Virus record (IMG/VR): IMGVR_UViG_3300023278_002893
Span: 1 to 64,000 of that record
DNA length: 64,000 bases
Direction: 5' to 3' (one strand)
The notes under the pieces are model-generated. The model was given only the letters and a program-made list of their open reading frames with translations, was not told the origin of the DNA and made no database searches. This document shows positions 33,585 through 43,044 of the stretch, piece after piece. Both the position numbers and the translations under genes were made by a program. Each line of letters starts with the position of its first letter. Position 1 is the stretch's first letter.

Positions 33585-34697
33585 ATGAACTTTGATATCA
33601 ATCCCCACCCCAAGCTGATCAACGACCACCAGACGATCCGACTCCCTAGAAAGTTGAGAAAAGAAATAGGAGTGTTGGTGGGTCAGTTCATGCAGATCAG
33701 CGGTAAGGAAACCTTAGTCTTGGAAATCGGGAAGGACCTCGATGATTTCGAGACCAGTGCTTATGTCAGTGAGTCTAACTTTAGGAAGATTGAGGGACAA
33801 CAGTTAGAGTTCAAGATACTTGACGTAACATTAGGCTGTGATCCGGAGTTTTTCATTATGTGGGGGAAGCGTCTGATATCTGCGACTACTTATCTCCCAT
33901 TCAATGGTGCAATCGGTGCTGATGGTAATTTAGGAGAGCTTAGGCCTATGTATGCCCGTCACGAAAATGACGTGGTAGCTAACCTCCAAACGCTAATCAC
34001 CCAAGTACCAACTCGTATGAAAAGAGGCTACGGTGTGTCCGAAGGGTATCCCAAAGACGGTTCCCTCTTCGACCTTCAAGCCCACTCCTATTACTATGGA
34101 CTCGCAGCTGGGTTCCATGTGCATATGGGAATACCTCCCGAAATTCTAAACACCCGTAAATCTTTCAACCGGATAGCAATGAACCATCTGGTGAAATGCT
34201 TCGATTGGTTCGTATCTGTACCTTTAGTTCCTCTCGACGAAACTCCAGGCAGAAGACTGGGAGAGACTACCTACGGACAAGCGGGAGATTACCGCACAAC
34301 CAATTCGACCCTAGAATATAGAACTCCGGGAGGATTCTATCTCAGAACACCCACACTAGCTCGGGGTATGATGGGGTTATGTCTCATGGTAGCGGAGAAT
34401 GTAGTTAGTAGGATGAAGATCGCCAGTAGGAACTTCACAAGTCTGGACAAACTAACTCCTAATGACATGCAAGAGATCATGCCTGTTCCAAAAGTAAGTA
34501 AGGTTAAAGGAACCCTGGGAGCGCGAAGCCCGCTCGCAGCGGAGGGTTGCCTGGATGAAATACAGGAAAGCTTGAAGAAATTCCCCAACTACGATAAACA
34601 TCGGCGTTCAGTAGATGATTTTTTCAGCGTAGTGAGGTCAGGTCAAATACCAGTTTCCGACTTAATCCCTAATTGGAAGGTTAATGATGCCCAATAG
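33585..34697 (+). CDS. COOH-NH2 ligase type 2 (phiEco32-like) with an extra N-terminal domain
   Basis: LGCDPEF, GADG..ELRP, GFHVHMG, RR....YGQAGDYR, LEYRTPG. Confidence 0.85.
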   Translation: MNFDINPHPKLINDHQTIRLPRKLRKEIGVLVGQFMQISGKETLVLEIGKDLDDFETSAYVSESNFRKIEGQQLEFKILDVTLGCDPEFFIMWGKRLISATTYLPFNGAIGADGNLGELRPMYARHENDVVANLQTLITQVPTRMKRGYGVSEGYPKDGSLFDLQAHSYYYGLAAGFHVHMGIPPEILNTRKSFNRIAMNHLVKCFDWFVSVPLVPLDETPGRRLGETTYGQAGDYRTTNSTLEYRTPGGFYLRTPTLARGMMGLCLMVAENVVSRMKIASRNFTSLDKLTPNDMQEIMPVPKVSKVKGTLGARSPLAAEGCLDEIQESLKKFPNYDKHRRSVDDFFSVVRSGQIPVSDLIPNWKVNDAQ

Positions 34698-36384
34698 CAC
34701 CGGACAGCGCTCGATCAGCTTTCAACAGAGGTCGAATAGACCTCCGCTGACAAGCGAAGAGTGCAGCTATCTTCTCGAACTTCTGCCGAAGATTTTGAAA
34801 GTCGGGACAGAATTCGAAACTAATCTTCCAGAAGCAGGCGCCGCGCTCGAGGTGAAAAGTGGCATAAGGTGCGTACATTCAGTTTCGCCAAGAAACTGCG
34901 TGGAGGATTGTACCAACGTAGAAAGCTGTTTGGTGGAAAGGCACCCTACATTTTGTAAGACCCGCAGTTCGGGACAATTCCTAGGTGAAAAAACCACGTG
35001 TCCGGCAGGAAACGCCGATGACATCGACGCTTGTAGAGCATGCGACAAGTGGTTACTGGATTGTCGTAAACAGAAGTGTGCCTCTTACACCCCCTTCTGC
35101 TCAGTCTGCCCGAACTTTTCAGTAGCAGGAGCTTCCGTCGTCGACGCAGACATTCGACAAGATGCGGAAAGTATTCGTCAAGAAGTAAAGAAATTACTCA
35201 GGCCGACCGAACACGTAGGAATCGTTGGTAAGTCTGGAGCACTGAGTGTGATCAAGGACGGTTCCCTACTCGGTGGCGGGATCGAAGTACCCACCGTAGG
35301 TAGAAGGGTACATTGGCAGAGCTTTTACAAGATGTGTGAGGGAATTCTTGAACCCATCATAAAACGTGGTGGATTTGTCGATGAAAGAACAGGTCAGCAT
35401 TTCCATGTACTGTCCGGTTACTTCGATAAAGGCACAACCCACGCGATCAATGATTTGGAAGTGCCCCTACCAGAGATCGTTTTGGCCAACCTTCACCAGC
35501 TACATCGAAGATACGAAGCCGCGATGTTCTGGATGATGAGTTGTGGAAATAGGATGGAACACCTCACAAGGTGGTCAAGGTTCCGGCAATCCATATACCA
35601 ATACAGCGCACTGCGCAGTCGAATGAGTACCGTGCAACAGGAATTGGCAGAAAAGATAGTATGTATGGGCGGTACCAACCAAAATGGTAAGTACGCTTCT
35701 GTTGCATATCACTTCTGCCGATTTGACGTCGCGGGGGACGTTAGTACTCTGCACTTCGAGAATCGTATTGCGGATGGATGTCTTTCCCCAGCGGTAATCA
35801 CTGCGTGGGCAATGATGTGCTATGCTCTTGTCCTCAAGGCGGTTCGACTTTCCCAATACGGAATCATGGAAGTTGGAGATAGTGAATACAACGCGGCAGC
35901 GAAAGAAGCCTCCTCCCACCTAATCGATGGAGAAAGACGAAGTTGGGACGGCAGCCGACACGCCGATACTTCAGGCATTGGACCATCGATTCCCTTCCTC
36001 CAAAGATCTTCAAGAGAGCTAATCCAACTTCTCAAACCGGAGATACACAACTTAGGGCCGGCGTTCCATATCCTAATGGAGCTGGCAGAGAAGCCCTGCT
36101 CGATCCGTCTTGCCAACGGAGACTCTTGGGACGAGATTGAATCCGAACTTTACGGACCTTATAAGCATGAAGAATCTCCATTTACCGGAAACAACGTGGA
36201 TGAGGTGCGGGAACTCATCGACCTGGCAACGATCATAGAGTGTGAGGATGTTAACGCGTGGATAGGAGAGGTCGCTGGCCATCTAGGTCAAGAGACCGAA
36301 GTCACCGAAGAAACGGTACAAAGTCTACTCGCTTCTGGGCGATATAGATGGAGCCCGGCGATCGGCTCGCTCATTACTGTTTAG
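34684..36384 (+). CDS. amidoligase (glutamate-cysteine-ligase/GS-fold, Amidoligase_2-like) with a Cys-rich insert
   Basis: VGTEFE, IKDGSL..GGIEVPT, TGQHFHV, TLHFENR. Confidence 0.75.
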   Translation: MMPNSTGQRSISFQQRSNRPPLTSEECSYLLELLPKILKVGTEFETNLPEAGAALEVKSGIRCVHSVSPRNCVEDCTNVESCLVERHPTFCKTRSSGQFLGEKTTCPAGNADDIDACRACDKWLLDCRKQKCASYTPFCSVCPNFSVAGASVVDADIRQDAESIRQEVKKLLRPTEHVGIVGKSGALSVIKDGSLLGGGIEVPTVGRRVHWQSFYKMCEGILEPIIKRGGFVDERTGQHFHVLSGYFDKGTTHAINDLEVPLPEIVLANLHQLHRRYEAAMFWMMSCGNRMEHLTRWSRFRQSIYQYSALRSRMSTVQQELAEKIVCMGGTNQNGKYASVAYHFCRFDVAGDVSTLHFENRIADGCLSPAVITAWAMMCYALVLKAVRLSQYGIMEVGDSEYNAAAKEASSHLIDGERRSWDGSRHADTSGIGPSIPFLQRSSRELIQLLKPEIHNLGPAFHILMELAEKPCSIRLANGDSWDEIESELYGPYKHEESPFTGNNVDEVRELIDLATIIECEDVNAWIGEVAGHLGQETEVTEETVQSLLASGRYRWSPAIGSLITV

Positions 36385-36404
36385 ATAGGAGGTCGTAGGT
36401 TAGA

Positions 36405-37229
36405 ATGTGTGGAATTGCAACAATCTCTATTGGGCGAGGCAGGCGCGGGAGAATTCCCTATAATAAGCTCCAAGGCCTTACCCAAAAGATCCTGGTTGAA
36501 CTGTCCGATCGAGGACAAGATGCATCAGGAATAGCGGTAGTCGGTGACGACCACTGCTTCGTATTCAAGAAACCGCTGAGGCCGGATAGATTGGTGGTTA
36601 GACCAAGATTTAGGGAAATCCTGGAAAAAATCGGGCCGGAAACAAATTTCATTATGTTGCACTCACGGGCAGCATCGGTAGGAGGTAACGAAGACAACTT
36701 CAACAATCACCCCATCGTAGCAGACCCGGTCATTGGTATCCACAACGGTACTCTCTACAACACTGAGAAACTACGCAAAAAGTTCAGTGATAGATTTTCG
36801 ACGGCGGGGAATGTAGATTCCGAGATCCTCTTCCGGATGTTCAACATGTATCTAGAAGAAGGACTAACTCCCAAACAAGCCCTGTGCAAGGTCACCGAAC
36901 AACTGTCGGGTGCTTTTACTGGGGCAGCGTTGGATCTTCGACACACCCATCGAATGTTGATGTTCAAGTTCCAACGTGATTTGGCGGTATTGCAGCTTAG
37001 TCACTACGACATACTCGTCGCGGTATCAAAACCGTATCACTACGATCGGGCGAGGGATACGATGGGACTGTCCGTGAAGGACAAGCTTTCGTATCCTAAG
37101 GAAGCAACTGCATTTTCGATTGATCTAAATGACGGGCCGGTCACAGAGCAATCAGACACTTTCCCCATTCCAGTAAAGAAAGAAGAATACTGGAAAGATG
37201 AATATAAACAGTGGGCATACTTCGGATAA
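36405..37229 (+). CDS. class II glutamine amidotransferase
   Basis: N-terminal MCG, RGQDASG, HSRAA..G....NNHP, GIHNG, NVDSE. Confidence 0.92.
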   Translation: MCGIATISIGRGRRGRIPYNKLQGLTQKILVELSDRGQDASGIAVVGDDHCFVFKKPLRPDRLVVRPRFREILEKIGPETNFIMLHSRAASVGGNEDNFNNHPIVADPVIGIHNGTLYNTEKLRKKFSDRFSTAGNVDSEILFRMFNMYLEEGLTPKQALCKVTEQLSGAFTGAALDLRHTHRMLMFKFQRDLAVLQLSHYDILVAVSKPYHYDRARDTMGLSVKDKLSYPKEATAFSIDLNDGPVTEQSDTFPIPVKKEEYWKDEYKQWAYFG

Positions 37230-37248
37230 GACAGGAGAGAAGTAAAAA

Positions 37249-38919
37249 ATGTGCGGAATAGTTGGTGTAATTCAGTATGAAAGTGCGGTAGATCGAGCCC
37301 TTCGCCAGAAGGTGCTGAAAATTCTTTTCTCCGAAACAATGATGCAGACTGAATCCCGAGGTAAAGACGCCACAGGTGTGTACCAAGTCCACAAAAACGG
37401 TGACTGGCTCATGACTAAAAAGGGAGTCAGAGTCACCGATTGGATACCTGCAATGCGGTCGGACTCCGGAAACGAAGATCCAATCGACTTCGAAGATATC
37501 GTGGGGAGCTGGCTCGAACATCCCAAAGATTTAGCCGCTGTCGTAGGACACTGCCGCGCGGCTACTGTGGGATCCAGAGGAAAAGACAACAACGACAATC
37601 ACCCCTTCGCGGTTCAGTTGGACGAGGATAACGCCATTTTAGGTATCCATAACGGTACCTTGACCAACCACGAGATCATCTTCGATCGCCTACCTGATCT
37701 TCTTCCTCGACATGGGAAGGTGGATAGCGAGTCTCTATTCCATTTCCTATACCATCTAACTAATGGGGGAACCGAACCGATCGACGGTGACATGTTGAAA
37801 TACATGGGAGAACGTGTAGAGGGCGCCTATGCGGTTATTACGATGAACACCCGATTTCCAGAACAGGTGGTAACGTTCCGTAAAGATCGGCCGATGGAAT
37901 TCTTCATGGTCGCGCCGCTTAATTGCCTCGTCATTACTTCTGAGAAAAAGTTCTTCGAAGCGGCATTGGAAAAGTACAACTTCATCCGCCAAATGCTGCC
38001 AGAGTATAAAGAACTTCCCGCCCTGAGAAGTTGCCACAGGGGACTCATGGACCGAGAGTTTCGAATCTTCGATACAAGTCTTCCTTGGCCCGAAGGACAT
38101 CACCCCACTCATGGAGATTTCGATAAGATCTCAGACGGAAAGGGGGATATGACAAAAATCAGCTCTCCCATTATAGACGACTGGAAGAGCCCGGGAAAAA
38201 CTTCCAAGATAACCCCATCCAACACGCGGAAAATAACGCCCGCGTCCAACACTTCCGTGAAAACTACTAAAGCGAATCCAGTAGTCACTTCCGCAACTAA
38301 CGCCCGGCAGGCCTCGGAGCAAGTGGACACGGTTATAGTAGAGGCGATAATTAAAGTGCCCATCGGTATGGATGACGCCGCTGCGAAGGGGATCGAGCAC
38401 GTAAAAGGACTGGGGCTCCTAGTTCAGTACGATACCATGAACGAACTGGCGAAGTCAATTGGTATAAAGGAAAAGGAACTTGAGCAGCTGAGCGGGCTGG
38501 AACTGGCCAACAAACTGGCATCCATTCACTTTAGCATCGGGCACGCAGCCGCACGACTGTCTGCTCAAAAAGAAGTTAGTGACATACGTTCCAAAGCAAG
38601 TGATAACACCAAACTTCTGGGAAGAGTTGCGGAAAAGCAAAGGAAGGCGGAAATCCATATCTGGGAACATCGCCAGCTGGTGACCATCCTTCTTGCGTTG
38701 GCGCAGGGTAATTTCAAGCTGGACGCCAGTAATGTAAAGATTTCGTTAGCCGCGTTTCCCCAACTGGCGGACGAAAAGAAACAATCCATCCTGAAATCAG
38801 CAAAGAATATATTGGAATGTCAGGAAACCAAACTACTTATCAAAAAGCTTCTGCAGCGCTTCAATGATGTCGCACAGGCTAATGCTAAGAAAATCCAGGA
38901 GTCTAAGGGGACTCCCTAG
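37249..38919 (+). CDS. class II glutamine amidotransferase with a long C-terminal helical extension
   Basis: MCG, RGKDATG, GHCRAAT.G....DNHPF, GIHNG, KVDSE. Confidence 0.92.
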   Translation: MCGIVGVIQYESAVDRALRQKVLKILFSETMMQTESRGKDATGVYQVHKNGDWLMTKKGVRVTDWIPAMRSDSGNEDPIDFEDIVGSWLEHPKDLAAVVGHCRAATVGSRGKDNNDNHPFAVQLDEDNAILGIHNGTLTNHEIIFDRLPDLLPRHGKVDSESLFHFLYHLTNGGTEPIDGDMLKYMGERVEGAYAVITMNTRFPEQVVTFRKDRPMEFFMVAPLNCLVITSEKKFFEAALEKYNFIRQMLPEYKELPALRSCHRGLMDREFRIFDTSLPWPEGHHPTHGDFDKISDGKGDMTKISSPIIDDWKSPGKTSKITPSNTRKITPASNTSVKTTKANPVVTSATNARQASEQVDTVIVEAIIKVPIGMDDAAAKGIEHVKGLGLLVQYDTMNELAKSIGIKEKELEQLSGLELANKLASIHFSIGHAAARLSAQKEVSDIRSKASDNTKLLGRVAEKQRKAEIHIWEHRQLVTILLALAQGNFKLDASNVKISLAAFPQLADEKKQSILKSAKNILECQETKLLIKKLLQRFNDVAQANAKKIQESKGTP

Positions 38920-38937
38920 GGTCGAGGAAACCAAGCA

Positions 38938-40206
38938 ATGTCCAATAAAGTGCAGCTTCGACTCATGTCCTCCTCGAAGATGTCAAATGCGGGAGAAGGG
39001 GACATTATCAGATTCCCCAAGGCGGCGAGGCAGAATTTTGGCTTCTCCAACAGCAGGGTAATGATAGGTAAAGGCCCCTACGAGATAGCTCTCAAAGTAA
39101 AGAAAGCCTACTCGGAAGATGTACGCCGGCTCGCTGTCATGATCAAAAATGTGAAGATCTCCGAAGTGGATGCCCAGTGTGTAGGGTTCGTGCACAGCAA
39201 CGTACGGAAGAGAATCGTCGCGAAGCGGGGCGGTCAAGAGGATATCTGGATTACTGAGGGGATCGGCGACATTACCGTCGGCGCAGATCCCGAGTTTGGA
39301 TTGATTGACAGCGGTGGAATGTTGGTGCGCGGTAACAATATCGTATCAAAGGTAGGTAAATTCGGAAGTGATGGTCCGAGCGTAGAAGTTCGGCCCACTC
39401 CCAGTACTAACCACCTGGAAGTGGTGGGAAGCATCTCGGACATCATGGAAAATCCGCCTGGGCGAGCCGATGATTACAAATGGACGGGGGGTGCTACTTT
39501 CAGAGACACCGATAGGGTCTATTGGTTCGGCGGACATGTTCATCTCGGGAGACCCACTCAAATTGATGCGAATGAGGCGTATCCTATCTACAAAAGAATC
39601 GCAACCGCACTTGATGGGTTATTAGCCCTGCCAATGGTGCGCTTCGATACCCCCAATCCCTGGGAACGACGAAACGGATGCAAATACGATTACGGTAAAG
39701 CCGGGGACATACGGGCAGACTATCCAGAACAAAATCGATTCGAGTACCGGGTACTTAGCGGACTGTGGGTAGTACATCCCACATTAGCTACTATAGCAAT
39801 CGGTGCCGCCAAGTGTATTGTGGAAACCGCATACGGAAGGATTGCGGAAAAAGGATTTGATCCAATATGGGCGTCACAACCTATCTCTCGGGGAGGTATG
39901 TTGAAAAGCTTTGGACTGAAGGGAGTTCGGGAGATTCAAGCGGTAGTAAATCATGCGGATCCAAGGAGAATCACCCAAGACCATTTAGACACTTGGGAAA
40001 GAAACATTCGTAATTTGGACCGGTTCAATAAGTACAGGGCGGAGATCGAGGCGATGGTTGAACTGTCAAAGGAAAACCCAGAAAACATCGTCAGCGGGAT
40101 GGACCTAAACGTTAAAAGAAATTGGCAAGAGAGACGCACGTTGCTCCCTCGGGCCAGCAAGAAACTCAGAAAGGCGCTTGACGTCGTCGAGGAGAAAAGA
40201 AAATGA
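38938..40206 (+). CDS. COOH-NH2 ligase type 2 with an extra N-terminal domain
   Basis: VGADPEF, GSDG..VEVRP, GGHVHLG, RR....YGKAGDIR, FEYRVLS. Confidence 0.87.
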   Translation: MSNKVQLRLMSSSKMSNAGEGDIIRFPKAARQNFGFSNSRVMIGKGPYEIALKVKKAYSEDVRRLAVMIKNVKISEVDAQCVGFVHSNVRKRIVAKRGGQEDIWITEGIGDITVGADPEFGLIDSGGMLVRGNNIVSKVGKFGSDGPSVEVRPTPSTNHLEVVGSISDIMENPPGRADDYKWTGGATFRDTDRVYWFGGHVHLGRPTQIDANEAYPIYKRIATALDGLLALPMVRFDTPNPWERRNGCKYDYGKAGDIRADYPEQNRFEYRVLSGLWVVHPTLATIAIGAAKCIVETAYGRIAEKGFDPIWASQPISRGGMLKSFGLKGVREIQAVVNHADPRRITQDHLDTWERNIRNLDRFNKYRAEIEAMVELSKENPENIVSGMDLNVKRNWQERRTLLPRASKKLRKALDVVEEKRK

Positions 40207-41327
40207 ACAAGGGCTACGTGTGGTACTCCACAGGATCCTCCGAAACCGGAGAGAAGTTAGCAGCAGCGTTGGGATTCGACCACGGAAAGAAGACTCCCAA
40301 CCTACCCAAGTTCCCCATACTTTTTGGGTGGGGCTGCAAAGCAGAATCCCGTGAAAAGTACGATCCCGCCAAGGTCGATGCTGCGATCGAGAACGGAAGC
40401 CTTCGAGTCCTCAACCATCCCAAGGCGCTCTCCAGCGCCCGGAACAAGTTGGGACTTCTCACACGTCTCCGGGAAGCTGGACACCACGTTCCCGGCTTCG
40501 TGAGTATCAAGGGGGTCTCAGCAATGAAGCTAGTCGCGGAGATGAAATCCGCCGTTGACGATGGTGTCATTACATTTCCATGTGTGGGCTTCAACGAAAC
40601 CCACCGAGGGAAACCGATGTTCTGCTGGACAATGGAAGATCTGAATCAAATTTTGACGGCCAACAAGAACAGAGCACGCAGTGCTATCAAGATCGACTAC
40701 GTCCGAAGCCTCGTCCAAGGTACCGAGTATCGAATTCACGTGTTCCGTGACGAAGGACTCTGCGCGGAAGTAAAGGTTCTGGCCAACGATCCAACCGCTG
40801 CAACGGCAGCAAGTCTACTCACCAAACTCAAGAAGCGCCAGGAAAAGACGGAAGTGCCGCTAAACGCCACCCAGGACGAACTTCAATTCGTGGTAAGCCA
40901 GTTGGCGTCGGACCTCGTCCGAGGACCCAGCCACATGCTGCGAAGTGTCCAACACGGTTGGGAGATGAAGCCTATTGCCGTTGGGGAAGTTCCAGCAGAG
41001 GTAGTCGTAGCAGCAATCAACGCTCTCGATACCGCAGGACTCGATGTGGGCGCAGTCAGTGTCGAGTTTATTGAGGGGAGTGCTGTGATCAGCAATGTGG
41101 TCTCCGCCCCCGGCCTCAGTGAGGAACAAGTCGGTCTGTATGTAGCAGCCATCAAATCGTTCTCCAAGGCAGGTGGATCCAAGAAAGTAAAGCCCGGAGC
41201 AAATAAGGCAGTCAATGCGGGGGAGGGAAAAGCAACGCGCGAGATCATCGGCAAAATTACCCGCAAAGTGCGGCTAGGAGATGTTTCTCAGAAGCAGGCG
41301 GAGGCTATTCTGGAAAGCTTGGGGTAA
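40203..41327 (+). CDS. ATP-grasp (YheC/D-like) protein with degenerate catalytic motifs
   Basis: WGC, VLNHP..L..A.NK, EYRIHVF; GAVS and SNVVSAP where active enzymes have GAVD and EVN. Confidence 0.7.
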   Translation: MNKGYVWYSTGSSETGEKLAAALGFDHGKKTPNLPKFPILFGWGCKAESREKYDPAKVDAAIENGSLRVLNHPKALSSARNKLGLLTRLREAGHHVPGFVSIKGVSAMKLVAEMKSAVDDGVITFPCVGFNETHRGKPMFCWTMEDLNQILTANKNRARSAIKIDYVRSLVQGTEYRIHVFRDEGLCAEVKVLANDPTAATAASLLTKLKKRQEKTEVPLNATQDELQFVVSQLASDLVRGPSHMLRSVQHGWEMKPIAVGEVPAEVVVAAINALDTAGLDVGAVSVEFIEGSAVISNVVSAPGLSEEQVGLYVAAIKSFSKAGGSKKVKPGANKAVNAGEGKATREIIGKITRKVRLGDVSQKQAEAILESLG

Positions 41328-41332
41328 AGAAC

Positions 41333-41803
41333 ATGCTCTATTTTCCCATATCGCACCTTGAAATCGCCGGGCAGATCGCGGAGCTAATCAATAACTTAAG
41401 CGACCTGTCTAAGCAAAGAACAGCTGACGATATCCTTAAAGGAAAAACCCACTATGTCGTGGAGACTCACGGTAAGTTCGTGATCGGGGCGGTGGGTATC
41501 CACAAGGTCAGCTATGAACTTTCGGAACTAAAGCACCTAGTGGTTCATCCCGATTGGAGAGGCAGAAGTTTGGGCCACTTCATAAGTAAGAGAGCATTGT
41601 CAGTGTGTGGTACCCCGTCAATCTATGCCACTGTAAGAACCTCGAATCTTGCCAGCCTCAAATCTCTAACCAGATCGGGATTCGTAAAATCCCACGAAAG
41701 AATCGCAGGCGAGCATAGACTTGCTGTACTGATAAGGGCGGCTCCTAAATGCCAAGTTATAACATCTGCGTCGAGGCAGACCTTGTCCTCAGAACAAGGT
41801 TAG
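41333..41803 (+). CDS. GNAT family acetyltransferase
   Basis: ELKHLVVHPDWRGRSLG; N..S...L...GF. Confidence 0.88.
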   Translation: MLYFPISHLEIAGQIAELINNLSDLSKQRTADDILKGKTHYVVETHGKFVIGAVGIHKVSYELSELKHLVVHPDWRGRSLGHFISKRALSVCGTPSIYATVRTSNLASLKSLTRSGFVKSHERIAGEHRLAVLIRAAPKCQVITSASRQTLSSEQG

Positions 41804-42957
41804 AGTGCCTCGAAGCGAAGTTCTCTGGTCAAATACACAGGGCTGAAAATTCCAGCGGGAATAAGCGTGTTACTGTCGAAACCAGGGGACTTACCGAACT
41901 AGGGAACTCCGGTACGATATCATCTTTGAATCTGAAAAACTACTACATAACGAACATCTGGTGGAGGTACGACGGGGAGGCCACCACCGACACGATGGTA
42001 TTCTCCCACGGAGAAGAAGAACAGAACGAGGCATTCGAAACTATCCTGGAACTTCTAGGAGACGAATTCGAGGAAGAAGAAATTGGGAGCGGAGAGGAAA
42101 TGATAGCAATAAATGGGCAGCCTCGACGAATCGAAGTACTGCTCACAATGATTAGTTCTCCCACAGTAGGGCGAAAGGTACTCGTTCTGGATGTTATGAA
42201 CACATTCGGTCCCCGAAACCTAAAAACATTGTCAGGAAGAACTTGGAAACCAGACGGAACGCTGGAGAAGTTCAAGTCCAGCGGCATGAACGATGCTGTA
42301 TGGTGTATTAAAGAGCTCAGACGATTTAAGGCGGAACAAAGTAGACCAGTAATCACCCATATAGGCTTCGCAGATACTAGCAGACAGATTAAAGCATGGG
42401 AAGACCTCGTCGCATTCACAAGATCACTCAACTCCTTCGAAAGGTCCGTTCTGGAAAACTGGATGCCGGCGGATGACGATGATGGCGACGAAGGTTCTCT
42501 CTACGGCCAAGGAACACATTGGACAAAAAGGTATCCCCAGCATGACGAGAACCCAAACATCACCACCACAAAGCCCCAACCTGCGATGTTCAGGGTAAGT
42601 GGAGATAATCTGGGGAAAATAATTCACCTAAGCACCGCCGAAAAAGAGGTGAGCAGGCCTACCGATGAGAGACAGCTCCCATTAAAGGAGTACCTGGAAA
42701 AAAAGGCCGAAGCCGGATCGGCAACCTCCGAAGTGGGTGTTGAAGTTTCGGCTACAGTTGGGGTGGGTGTGGTGGAGAATGGGGTGGATAAAGTGGATAC
42801 CCCCGGCACTGATACTGGCACTTCTGATGCCGGTGATAATAATGTTAGCCCTCTCTCTCGTTGTGATTGCGGGTCTCCTATATGCACCGTATGCTTTGCT
42901 GAATCTAGTGCCGTGGACGCGCTACTTCCGGGGCACAAACCGCCAACGCTTCCCTGA
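41749..42957 (+). CDS. hypothetical protein with an acidic low-complexity tail and terminal CDC..IC..C motif
   Basis: 402-aa ORF. Confidence 0.6.
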   Translation: MPSYNICVEADLVLRTRLECLEAKFSGQIHRAENSSGNKRVTVETRGLTELGNSGTISSLNLKNYYITNIWWRYDGEATTDTMVFSHGEEEQNEAFETILELLGDEFEEEEIGSGEEMIAINGQPRRIEVLLTMISSPTVGRKVLVLDVMNTFGPRNLKTLSGRTWKPDGTLEKFKSSGMNDAVWCIKELRRFKAEQSRPVITHIGFADTSRQIKAWEDLVAFTRSLNSFERSVLENWMPADDDDGDEGSLYGQGTHWTKRYPQHDENPNITTTKPQPAMFRVSGDNLGKIIHLSTAEKEVSRPTDERQLPLKEYLEKKAEAGSATSEVGVEVSATVGVGVVENGVDKVDTPGTDTGTSDAGDNNVSPLSRCDCGSPICTVCFAESSAVDALLPGHKPPTLP

Positions 42958-42961
42958 CCTC

Positions 42962-42990
42962 TTGACTTGGAGGTACAGGTGACGTATTAT
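42962..42990 (+). promoter_or_regulatory. sigma70-type promoter upstream of ruvB
   Basis: TTGACT-N17-TATTAT. Confidence 0.6.
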
Positions 42991-43044
42991 TATACTTGAA
43001 TATCCATGAGAACTTATTATCTTATTTTAATCTGAGGTATTTTT

